Of a stretch of DNA of 64,000 nucleotides, positions 1 through 8,704 are shown in pieces. This DNA is from a virus. The notes beneath the pieces are model-generated. The model saw only the letters and a list, made by a program, of their open reading frames with translations. It ran no database searches and was not told the origin of the DNA. The DNA lies in IMG/VR virus record IMGVR_UViG_3300043409_001318, positions 32,001 through 96,000 of that record; one strand, given 5' to 3'. Both the position numbers and the translations under genes were made by a program. Each line of letters opens with the position of its first letter. Positions within the stretch are counted from its first letter, which is position 1.

Positions 1-708
1 AATCTATATAAATTTTTTACAGATACAAAATCTTATACTGTTATAAATCTTAACTCAAATAACGAAATCATTGATAGTGATGGAAAAATTTTAAGTTCTT
101 CTAAAAAAATTACTTATATTGTTAGTATAAAACAACCAAATGAAGTTCTATATTATTCATATACTTTTGGTTTAAAAGAATTTATAAATATGTTAGGTAA
201 AGAAAAAATAGAAGATTATAATTATCAAATTGAAAGACCCCAGCTTATTAAAAGGCTCAAAAATGAATATGACAACGCAACAAGAAAAATAATTTCACTT
301 GAGGCAACAACCCCAATAGATCAAGAAAAAATAAATACGCAAAAAGATTTACAACTTCAAATATTAGGACAAATGAATAGAGTTTCAAAAGAAGGAGCAT
401 TACAATTTAGATTTGGTTCAACCGTATTAAACAATACCGAAGGTATTGAGAAAATATTAAAAGGTAATATTTTATCAATATCAGCCGAAGATAAAGATAA
501 AATTGTTGAAAATAATCAAAATATTTTCAATATAAACATTAAAAATATTATCGAACAATCAAATTTAGTATATTATAAAGTAAATAATTTCTTACTTACT
601 CAAGGTGCAGAAACAGAAGCTAAGGATGCTTATAGTTCTGTTAAAATTTTAGAAACCAGCTTATTGAATTATTTACCTAAGAGAAAAGAAAATATTAAAC
701 CTTCTTGA
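1..708 (+). CDS. hypothetical protein, 5' truncated
   Basis: Frame 1 is open from base 1 to TGA at 708; the track start at 190 is internal. Confidence 0.7.
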   Translation, partial: NLYKFFTDTKSYTVINLNSNNEIIDSDGKILSSSKKITYIVSIKQPNEVLYYSYTFGLKEFINMLGKEKIEDYNYQIERPQLIKRLKNEYDNATRKIISLEATTPIDQEKINTQKDLQLQILGQMNRVSKEGALQFRFGSTVLNNTEGIEKILKGNILSISAEDKDKIVENNQNIFNINIKNIIEQSNLVYYKVNNFLLTQGAETEAKDAYSSVKILETSLLNYLPKRKENIKPS

Positions 709-751
709 CTTTTCCTAAAACAATATTATAATACCCATATACGGAGTTTTT

Positions 752-2320
752 ATGAGTAAGCAATACTGCGATGGTCGCTCTTTAAGTGAAGCAATCCTAA
801 AAGGCGCAAATATATTAGCAGATAACGTTTCTTCTACATTAGGACCAAGAGGAAGAACGGTTATTCTACATGAAAAAGGAAAAACACCAATCATTACGAA
901 AGATGGTGTCACGGTAAGCAATTATGTTGAACTTTCAGATCCATTTGAGAATTTGGGAGCACAAGTAATTAAACAAGCTTCTCAACAAACTGCTACTCTT
1001 GCTGGTGATGGAACAACAACATCAGTCGTTCTTTCACGCGCAATTCTTCGTGAAGCACAGAAATATCTAATTGCTGGTGTTTCTCCTACCGAATTAAAAA
1101 GAGGAATAGATTTAGCCGTTGACGCTTTGGTAATTAGAATTGGAGAAATAGCACAACCAATTTCGTCCGAAGAAGAAATCGAACATATTGCTTCTATCTC
1201 TGCTAATAACGATAGAACAATTGGTAAATTAATTGCTACTGCGGTAGATAAGGTAGGTAAGGATGGTTCTATCACTATTGAAGAAGCACGGTCAGTCGAT
1301 ACTTCTCTTGATATTGTTGAAGGCTTTCGTTTCGATGCGGGATACCTTGCAGGAGCGTTCATCAACGACGAGAGACGAGGGGTAGTAAAATATGAAGACC
1401 CTTATATTCTTGTAACAGATCATAAATTTGACTCCGTTCAAGATATGTTGCCTGTTCTTGAATTAATCGCAAGAGAAGGAAAACCATTTGTAATTGTAGC
1501 AGATGAAATTGAAGGTCAAGCTCTTGCTGCTCTTATTATGAACGCTATGAGAGGCACAATGAAAGTTGCAGCCGTTAAAGCTCCTCGTTATGGTGAAGAG
1601 CGTAAAAACATTCTTAAAGACCTTGCTATTTCAGTAGGAGCAACTTTTGTTTCTCTTGAAAATAGTATGAAGATTGGCGATGTAAAACTCAAAGATTTTG
1701 GTCGTTCAAAGAAAATTGAAATTGCTAAAAACCTTACCACTATCGTAGGTGGAAAAGGTGATATGGAACAAGTTGACCAAAGAATTGAAACAATTAAAGC
1801 TGAACTTCAACAAACTGAATCAATTTACGAGTGTGAACGTCTACAAGAAAGAATTACTCGTCTTGCTTCTGGTATTGCGATTATTCGTGTAGGTGCTCCA
1901 ACTGAAATTGAAATGATTGAGAAGAAGCACCGTATTGAAGATGCCTTAGAAGCCGTCCGTAGTGCCCAACAGGAAGGTATAGTTGCTGGGGGTGGCGTAG
2001 CCCTCCTTAGAGCAGCAGAAGGGATTGTAGACCCAACAGGGAACGAAGAACAAGCACTTGGTTTCAAGATCATAATGAAGGCTATTGAAGAGCCTGTAAG
2101 ACAAATGGCCCTAAATTCTGGTGAGTCGCCAGACATTATTATTAGTATGATTAAAACAGAACATTCTAATTTTGGTTATGATTTCTTGGGTCGTTCTATG
2201 ATTAATATGGTTGAGAAGGGCATTATTGATCCAGCAAAGGTTACAAGATGTGCTCTTCAAAATGCAGCTTCAGCAGCAGGAACTCTAATCACAACTAACT
2301 ATGCTATTGTCCAAATTTGA
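752..2320 (+). CDS. groEL: chaperonin GroEL (Cpn60), phage type
   Basis: TLGPRGR, ITKDGVTV, AGDGTTT, GIVAGGG, GIIDPAKV motifs; 522 aa, no GGM tail. Confidence 0.97.
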   Translation: MSKQYCDGRSLSEAILKGANILADNVSSTLGPRGRTVILHEKGKTPIITKDGVTVSNYVELSDPFENLGAQVIKQASQQTATLAGDGTTTSVVLSRAILREAQKYLIAGVSPTELKRGIDLAVDALVIRIGEIAQPISSEEEIEHIASISANNDRTIGKLIATAVDKVGKDGSITIEEARSVDTSLDIVEGFRFDAGYLAGAFINDERRGVVKYEDPYILVTDHKFDSVQDMLPVLELIAREGKPFVIVADEIEGQALAALIMNAMRGTMKVAAVKAPRYGEERKNILKDLAISVGATFVSLENSMKIGDVKLKDFGRSKKIEIAKNLTTIVGGKGDMEQVDQRIETIKAELQQTESIYECERLQERITRLASGIAIIRVGAPTEIEMIEKKHRIEDALEAVRSAQQEGIVAGGGVALLRAAEGIVDPTGNEEQALGFKIIMKAIEEPVRQMALNSGESPDIIISMIKTEHSNFGYDFLGRSMINMVEKGIIDPAKVTRCALQNAASAAGTLITTNYAIVQI

Positions 2321-2321
2321 T

Positions 2322-2329
2322 ACTAATTA
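2322..2329 (+). promoter_or_regulatory. putative late promoter motif ACTAATTA
   Basis: Exact ACTAWTTA motif, intergenic, upstream of the 2368 gene block. Confidence 0.55.
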
Positions 2330-2367
2330 AAGTATACAAATTTACTTTGTGATGGAGGGTCTTATCT

Positions 2368-2655
2368 ATGGCTACAGGTTCCGAACTTAACGAGCTAAAA
2401 GAAGCCATAACGGCACTTGATAAAAAAGTAGATAGAATGATGAGTTCTATTGAAAATCTTAAAGAAAAGCAAGATGATGTAGCCAAAGACATAAGCAAAA
2501 TAAAAGAAGCGGTATACCATCCAGATGAAGGTTTATACGCAAGAATAAAGATATTAGAAACGTGGAAAGAAACCCAATCAAAGGTTAGTTGGATTGCTAT
2601 AACTACCGTATTTGGTTTAGCAGTTAAGCAATTATGGGATATACTAACAAATTAA
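2368..2655 (+). CDS. coiled-coil protein with C-terminal transmembrane segment
   Basis: Heptad pattern followed by hydrophobic WIAITTVFGLAV. Confidence 0.75.
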   Translation: MATGSELNELKEAITALDKKVDRMMSSIENLKEKQDDVAKDISKIKEAVYHPDEGLYARIKILETWKETQSKVSWIAITTVFGLAVKQLWDILTN

Positions 2656-2667
2656 TAGAGGTGTTAA

Positions 2668-2958
2668 TTGAAAGTAAAAATTTCTTATACAGTAGAACTT
2701 GATGAAGTCCCCAATCAAGTTTATAAGTATTTGTTTAACCAAAGTGATATGTCTTTGGATAAAACGTTAGAAGGTGTATTAAAATTAATCCGTGAAGGTA
2801 ATGTTGAAAGTGCCTTGGAAGATATAGATCTTTTTAGAAAAGATCTTGCTAAATTAGATCTTAAGTTAGACGACGCACAATCGATCCTTGACGGCTACAT
2901 GAAGACGCGCTATGGTAATAACGTAGCAGAGAGCCCCGATGAACAACACAAAGTATGA
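2668..2958 (+). CDS. hypothetical protein
   Basis: TTG start with GAGG RBS; operonic. Confidence 0.75.
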   Translation: MKVKISYTVELDEVPNQVYKYLFNQSDMSLDKTLEGVLKLIREGNVESALEDIDLFRKDLAKLDLKLDDAQSILDGYMKTRYGNNVAESPDEQHKV

Positions 2959-3166
2959 AATAGGACAGCCAATAACTGTTCTGGCTTCATGCGATCTGTT
3001 TTACCCAACCATTAAAAACCCCAATAATTATAAAAAGTCCGAAGCTCCTTTGCTTGGATGGTTTGTTGAGGGTAATGATACAACCGTGACTATTATGACG
3101 GTTGATGATGGACGATATTGGCAAACTCAGTTAGATAGTATTAGAAACTACATGGAGACAAAATGA
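2939..3166 (+). CDS. small SH3/KOW-like protein
   Basis: YEIGQPI start motif; overlaps neighbours. Confidence 0.65.
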   Translation: MNNTKYEIGQPITVLASCDLFYPTIKNPNNYKKSEAPLLGWFVEGNDTTVTIMTVDDGRYWQTQLDSIRNYMETK

Positions 3167-3438
3167 TTCAACTTACAGAAGTAATTGAGAACACAGCAGG
3201 TAAGTATATGGTTAGATCAGTTTATATTAATCCTACCCAAGTTGTTATGGTTCGTGAAGACGTTAGATTGGGATCTATTATGGCCGAAGGTAAACTTGAT
3301 CTTGGGTTTACTCCAAATATGCGTTTTTCTCGCATTACGGTAAGAGGCGGAACAAGTAATTATGATGTTGTTGTTGCTGGTGACCCTACAATAGTATATG
3401 AGAAGGTAAATACTTCTAAAACTCTGCTAAAGGGTTAA
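3163..3438 (+). CDS. hypothetical protein, possibly FlbD-like fold
   Basis: MIQLT...INP..V pattern resembles the FlbD family; weak. Confidence 0.45.
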   Translation: MIQLTEVIENTAGKYMVRSVYINPTQVVMVREDVRLGSIMAEGKLDLGFTPNMRFSRITVRGGTSNYDVVVAGDPTIVYEKVNTSKTLLKG

Positions 3439-3441
3439 ACC

Positions 3442-3705
3442 ATGCACATAGCTTATTATCATATTCATGCTCTTGGAGATTGTGAATATTGCCTTGATGC
3501 ACTTAAACTTCTTCAAGATAATGGTTATCAATATGTTTTAACTCTTTATGATAAATCACCAGAAGCTTTGAATTTCATTAAATATACTATGGATCATCCA
3601 ACGGTTCCAATTATTTATGAGTATCGAAAAGATAAAAGTATTAGGAAAATTGGTGGTTATACAGAGTTGAAGAAGGAGCTTGACAGCCTCCACGAACAGG
3701 AATAG
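3442..3705 (+). CDS. glutaredoxin-like protein
   Basis: CEYC redox motif, TVPII, IGGYTEL. Confidence 0.9.
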   Translation: MHIAYYHIHALGDCEYCLDALKLLQDNGYQYVLTLYDKSPEALNFIKYTMDHPTVPIIYEYRKDKSIRKIGGYTELKKELDSLHEQE

Positions 3706-3731
3706 AATACTAAACAAAGGTAGGAGATAGC

Positions 3732-4340
3732 ATGGGTCGCCCAAAGGGTTCTAAGAACAAGCCTAAGAATGTTGAAGTTGAGGTTGAAACTAAGCAAGAA
3801 GAGGTTAAGGTAGTGGCAAGCGAAGAGCCAAAGAAGGAACGCAAGCCAAGGATCACCAAGAGGGTTAAGAATGAAGAAGAAGACGATGGTAATACTATCG
3901 TTGATGAAGGGGCCGCTCAAGCTCGTAAGAACCTTGATGATAGAACACTTGATCCTTTTGCGATGCTTACACTTGAAAAGTTTGAATGTGAATTTGTTGC
4001 CCTCACAGAGCGTCTAACTCCTGTTGAGGAAAATAGTGAGATTAAGAATGGCCGCTATTCAAGTTCTTATTACCCTATTAAGAATTGTAATTACACCGTT
4101 TGGCCTGTTTTGGCTTATATCAATGTTGACGTTGACGCGCTAAGAACAAAGGGTTATGTTGATAAGGTAATCTACGCTGGTTGTATTAATCACCTTTCTT
4201 CCCAAATGAATGGTAAGAAGCGCAAGTATGGTAATCTTTTCCCATTTAGTTTTGCTTTTAAGGAAGATAAGATTATTGCTACTTTCATTACAGACGACCG
4301 AAAGAATAAGAACTTTTGGGGAGAAGGCGTAGGTTCTTAG
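3732..4340 (+). CDS. hypothetical protein with N-terminal AT-hook
   Basis: MGRPKGSKNK; AGGAG RBS. Confidence 0.75.
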   Translation: MGRPKGSKNKPKNVEVEVETKQEEVKVVASEEPKKERKPRITKRVKNEEEDDGNTIVDEGAAQARKNLDDRTLDPFAMLTLEKFECEFVALTERLTPVEENSEIKNGRYSSSYYPIKNCNYTVWPVLAYINVDVDALRTKGYVDKVIYAGCINHLSSQMNGKKRKYGNLFPFSFAFKEDKIIATFITDDRKNKNFWGEGVGS

Positions 4341-4383
4341 ATTATAGAAAGTAAAGATAAAATCATTTTATAAGGAGAAATAA

Positions 4384-4770
4384 ATGAAATGCGTTAAAGA
4401 GCACATAGTAGCCCCTTGGGGTTGGCAAGAAATCATCCAAAAGAATGATAAATATGTTATGAAGCAAATTCATATTAATCCGGGTAAGCGTTTGTCTCTC
4501 CAATACCATGAGAACAAAACAGAAACGATTTTCTGTATGTCCGACGAAGCAATCGTGTGGACGAAACGCTCAGCAGAGGATACAGAAACAAAGAAGATAA
4601 CGCTTAAGTATGGCGAAGCCTTCCACGTTCAAGCCGGACAAATTCATCGCTTTACGGCAGGATTTAAAGCAGTTGATTTGATTGAAGTATCTACACCAGA
4701 ACTTGATGATATAGTTCGTCTTGAAGATGATTATAACCGTATTTCTACAACCACCACAACACAGGAGTAA
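4384..4770 (+). CDS. cupin, mannose-6-phosphate isomerase type II C-terminal-like
   Basis: RLSLQYH..KTET, GQIHRF, EVSTPELDDIVRLEDDY. Confidence 0.88.
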   Translation: MKCVKEHIVAPWGWQEIIQKNDKYVMKQIHINPGKRLSLQYHENKTETIFCMSDEAIVWTKRSAEDTETKKITLKYGEAFHVQAGQIHRFTAGFKAVDLIEVSTPELDDIVRLEDDYNRISTTTTTQE

Positions 4771-4773
4771 TTA

Positions 4774-5061
4774 ATGACTTTCGCACACACCGCTATCCAG
4801 ACCACCGATATTGAGAATAATATTGATGTAGACGTTAATCGTTCTTATTCTACATTTGACGTTCGCATTGTTCGTAATTCAGTTAGTAAGCGTAAGTTCT
4901 CTAATCGCCTTAGTGTGACTATTCCCGATGGACGTAGTGAAAGCACTTTCCATCTTACTATTCGTGAGGCAAATGCTCTTCGTAAGTTTTTGAATGAAAA
5001 TCTTGATGAAGGTGTTAATGGTTCTGCTATGGTTTCCATGAGTATGCGTGAGGCAAGCTGA
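4774..5061 (+). CDS. hypothetical protein
   Basis: AGGAG RBS; codons biased against A-endings. Confidence 0.75.
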   Translation: MTFAHTAIQTTDIENNIDVDVNRSYSTFDVRIVRNSVSKRKFSNRLSVTIPDGRSESTFHLTIREANALRKFLNENLDEGVNGSAMVSMSMREAS

Positions 5062-5089
5062 AATGACAACACCACAAGGAGAAACCTAT

Positions 5090-5458
5090 ATGAATATCGC
5101 ACAAGCAATTGATCGTCTTTATGCTGATACTTTCCCTCTTGCTTCTTATCCTCCACCAAGGGCTACACTTAGTAATGTAGACTTTGTATATAACGAAAAG
5201 AGCAGGGTTTATACAGCCACTATTGATGCAGCGGGAGCAGATAAGACAAAGTTTAATGTAAGTATTTCTAATAGAACACTTACCGTTTCTTATCGTGCTA
5301 CCGAAGGGTTCCGTTGTCGTTCCTTTAACTATTCCTTCAGCCTTGGACGAGATATCAACGTCTCGGAGTCAGTTGGAGAGTATAAGGATGGGGTTTTGAG
5401 AGTTGACGTTCATACAACCACAGAACGTAATGATACAGTCAACGTCACCATTCATTAA
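5090..5458 (+). CDS. small heat-shock protein Hsp20/alpha-crystallin
   Basis: F..SFSLG..I....A/G.YKDGVL.V motif; start at ATG 5090 after GGAG. Confidence 0.88.
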   Translation: MNIAQAIDRLYADTFPLASYPPPRATLSNVDFVYNEKSRVYTATIDAAGADKTKFNVSISNRTLTVSYRATEGFRCRSFNYSFSLGRDINVSESVGEYKDGVLRVDVHTTTERNDTVNVTIH

Positions 5459-5472
5459 GTAATTATATAATT

Positions 5473-5508
5473 AAGCCGTCAAAGGGTTCGCCTTTTGGCG
5501 GTTTTCTT
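5473..5508 (+). terminator. intrinsic terminator
   Basis: GCCGTCAAAGG / CCTTTTGGCGGT stem followed by T-rich tail. Confidence 0.85.
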
Positions 5509-5517
5509 GTATTTAAA

Positions 5518-5525
5518 ACTAATTA
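5518..5525 (+). promoter_or_regulatory. putative late promoter motif ACTAATTA
   Basis: Between the terminator and the AAGGA RBS of 5546. Confidence 0.6.
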
Positions 5526-5545
5526 ATTGGTAAGGAAAAGTATAA

Positions 5546-8500
5546 ATGTCAAACTTTAATAATCTTTGGAATAACTGGTATAGTACAAAAGTTTTAACTG
5601 AGATGAAGAAGAGAACAAGAGATAGAGTTGTAGCAATATCTAAAAAAATAAAAGAAGAAGCTGGATTAGAAGGACTTAATGATAGTTATACAAGAATGGC
5701 AGCTTTTCCAGAGATATTTGGTGATAAATTAAGAATAGTTGTTGAATCTCAAGATAGTGAACTTGTAATTATGTCTAAATATCTTGGCAGTCTTCAACAA
5801 TTAGTTGCCGCCAGTTTAAAAGATAAAAAAGAAAAGGGTTTTTTAAAACCACCTTACTTTGGAAGTTCTTTTATTACCGATCAAACAATTGCTAAAGAAA
5901 CTAAAAGAAGATTACAAGAAGATGGTGGTGGAACATACGAAATTGACGTTGTATATTACCAACCAACTTTAATAATTCAATATGTTAACATGCAAGAACA
6001 ACAAAAGAAAGAAATTTTTTCTCTTCTTAAAGCGTTTAACAAATTTAAAATGAAAGAAGCAGCAGATTATTGGGGTAAAATTCAATCTAAATATACAAAA
6101 GATAAAGATTTTATAAATAATTTAACAACACAATGGTTTGCAATTAATAAAAGCGATCAAGAACGAAAAATGAAATACGGAGGTGAAAGAAAAGCTATTG
6201 TTTATTCCCGTGCTCCTATTGACGTTTTAAGAATGTCTGACCATCCCATGATTTCTTCTTGTCACTCCCAAGGTGGAGGTTACTTTCAATGCGCTGTTCA
6301 AGAAGCGATTAGAGGAGGTGCTATTGCTTATTCAGTTAATCAAGAAGACATACAAAAAATTATTGATGAAGATAGATTACAAGACATAGAAATATTTGAA
6401 GATAATGAAAGAGGGGTAAAAGGTATTAATCCAGATGGTAGAATTAGAATTAGAAGAATGTTTGATACTGATACCAAACAAGAGTATGCCTTACCAGAGA
6501 TAAGAATATACGGTACTCCACCTGCTTCTTTCCAAAATAGTGTTTTAAGTTGGTCAGCAGAAAATCAAAAATCTAAATTTACAAATTTAGAAACTGGTGA
6601 ATTTCAATTACCAGAGATTAAAAATGCTATAAGAGTTGGTGGTTCTTATGAAGATAATTACGCACCAGATCTTTATAATAGATTAGCTAAGAAAGTTGCT
6701 AATTCTTTTGGAATTAAAGATGAAGATGTTCCAAATTCCAATGTTTATATTCAAAGTGTCACCGTTGATGAAGGCTTGGATTTAATGAGTAATTGCGAAA
6801 GAATTTCAAGAAATATACGAAACGAAATGGTAACTTTTGATATGACAAGACTAGCAGATTATAAAATTATATGTAAAAATAATGGTAAGACAGGTATCGC
6901 ATTTACAAGAGAAGGTCGTACAGAAGAATTTAATGATGAATTCAATGATGAATTTGTTGCGATAGAATTTAATTTCAAATATGAAATACATCAAAATAAT
7001 ATTAAAGGAAAACTTAAAACTGAATTAAACAACGATATAATAAAACAAATAATTAATAAAGGTGGTGAGATATCACCGGATTTTTATTTCTATAAATTAT
7101 ATAAATTACTAAATTTAGAAGGAACAGAATTCAAACCACGCAGAAACGGTCCACACTTGGTTTTTGAAGCAGATGCAAATTTAACCTTTAAAACCGTAGA
7201 AGAATTACGAACATTAAAAAATGAAATATTTAATTACGATAATGATGATAATAATTATCGTAATTTTGAAAGAACTGGTATAGCATTAGATTTTATAGAA
7301 ATGCAGCCATTTGACACAGCATACGCTAAACGTTTATTTAGAGATGTAAAAAATAGTGATTATATGTTCTATTATGAGAGTTCTTATGGTTCTTATAATG
7401 GTTCTACGGTATTATTGGCTCCACCAAGCGAATCTTCACGATCTGAAAGAACAAAAGCATATGATCGTGGTAATCTTAAACAAACAGATATGTTCCCTAC
7501 AATATATAATGGTTTTCTTGAAGGTATAGTGGAATATTTTTATGTTTATTCAATTCCAAAAGAAGCTTTAAGAGCTTCTTTAAAATATCCTACAAAAGAA
7601 AGACACCCAGATGGAGTAGTTTATCGCGCTTTGAAAATAGAGGCTAATCGAAAGAAAGAAGAAATAATGAGAGATATTCAAAAAGTTGTTTATGATATGC
7701 CAGACAAAATTATTAATAGTTTTGGTAGATTAGCACAATCAATTATAGAATTTGGCCCAACGGTAAGAAACCCAGAAGTTATAATCAACAATGAAACTGG
7801 TGAAGCTGATATTGAGAGAGATATTCAAATTGCCTTTACCCTTAAAATAAATCTTTCCACAAGCCTTAGTTCTGATCAACAAGAACAAGCTTTAAAACTT
7901 GTTGAATATTTTTACAATAACTTTTATAAATTTAGAGACAATTTAGAAGAACAATTAATTAATGATCTAAAACAAAAGGGTAGTCAGTTAGTAAAAAGTC
8001 TTATGTCCGATGCTTATCTCAAAGGTATAAAGGGTGAAAAACCTTTAGCAGACCCAATAGCAGAGATAAGACAATTAGACATACCAAACATAATGAAACA
8101 ATTAGAACAACCAGTTATCCAACAAGCAAGAGAAAGTTGGGAAAATTCAAATGGGATAACTACTGATTTAAAAGTTCCTTTTTTTGCTACGACTACAGAC
8201 GAACAAATGATAAGAGTTTATTATTCTTCTACCACTAACTACAAAAAAGTAAATCCATTAGAAGAAAACCTTTTTTATCTGGATTTTAAAATAGAGTATT
8301 TTAAATCAGGTACTAGCACTTATTTAATGATTAAATGTCCTATGATATTTCAACATACTTCTATAAGTGATATGAATGTTCAAGCTCTAACTATGGAAGA
8401 AATAATAGCTGATTTAGCATCGTCTATAGTGACTACTAATTATCGTGCTAAGGCTTCTAAAACAACTTACCAAGAACAAGAAAAGTATTTAGCTGGTAAA

Positions 8501-8704
8501 GAAAGCCAGATGGTATTTGATATAAGTAAGGAAACAAAAGAATTAATACAAACAAGACAAAAAGCAAAGGCAACAAAGGCAGATAAAGATGCGGCTATTG
8601 CTGCAACCACAGAAGACGAAAAACAAATGAAAATGTTTGAACGTAAGATGAATAAGAAACTAATTAAGGAAAGACTTATTAAGTGGTATAAAAGGAATTC
8701 ATAA
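5546..8704 (+). CDS. large unknown protein, paralogue 1 of tandem triplet (probable virion-internal)
   Basis: Shares SRxPxDVLRMSD..SCHS..YFxCA..GAxAY..RxRxR..IYG..GGS core with the next two ORFs. Confidence 0.9.
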   Translation: MSNFNNLWNNWYSTKVLTEMKKRTRDRVVAISKKIKEEAGLEGLNDSYTRMAAFPEIFGDKLRIVVESQDSELVIMSKYLGSLQQLVAASLKDKKEKGFLKPPYFGSSFITDQTIAKETKRRLQEDGGGTYEIDVVYYQPTLIIQYVNMQEQQKKEIFSLLKAFNKFKMKEAADYWGKIQSKYTKDKDFINNLTTQWFAINKSDQERKMKYGGERKAIVYSRAPIDVLRMSDHPMISSCHSQGGGYFQCAVQEAIRGGAIAYSVNQEDIQKIIDEDRLQDIEIFEDNERGVKGINPDGRIRIRRMFDTDTKQEYALPEIRIYGTPPASFQNSVLSWSAENQKSKFTNLETGEFQLPEIKNAIRVGGSYEDNYAPDLYNRLAKKVANSFGIKDEDVPNSNVYIQSVTVDEGLDLMSNCERISRNIRNEMVTFDMTRLADYKIICKNNGKTGIAFTREGRTEEFNDEFNDEFVAIEFNFKYEIHQNNIKGKLKTELNNDIIKQIINKGGEISPDFYFYKLYKLLNLEGTEFKPRRNGPHLVFEADANLTFKTVEELRTLKNEIFNYDNDDNNYRNFERTGIALDFIEMQPFDTAYAKRLFRDVKNSDYMFYYESSYGSYNGSTVLLAPPSESSRSERTKAYDRGNLKQTDMFPTIYNGFLEGIVEYFYVYSIPKEALRASLKYPTKERHPDGVVYRALKIEANRKKEEIMRDIQKVVYDMPDKIINSFGRLAQSIIEFGPTVRNPEVIINNETGEADIERDIQIAFTLKINLSTSLSSDQQEQALKLVEYFYNNFYKFRDNLEEQLINDLKQKGSQLVKSLMSDAYLKGIKGEKPLADPIAEIRQLDIPNIMKQLEQPVIQQARESWENSNGITTDLKVPFFATTTDEQMIRVYYSSTTNYKKVNPLEENLFYLDFKIEYFKSGTSTYLMIKCPMIFQHTSISDMNVQALTMEEIIADLASSIVTTNYRAKASKTTYQEQEKYLAGKESQMVFDISKETKELIQTRQKAKATKADKDAAIAATTEDEKQMKMFERKMNKKLIKERLIKWYKRNS

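Noticed and set aside
3163-3438. Confident flagellar flbD call
   Set aside because: The resemblance is limited to a short pattern, so no gene symbol was assigned.
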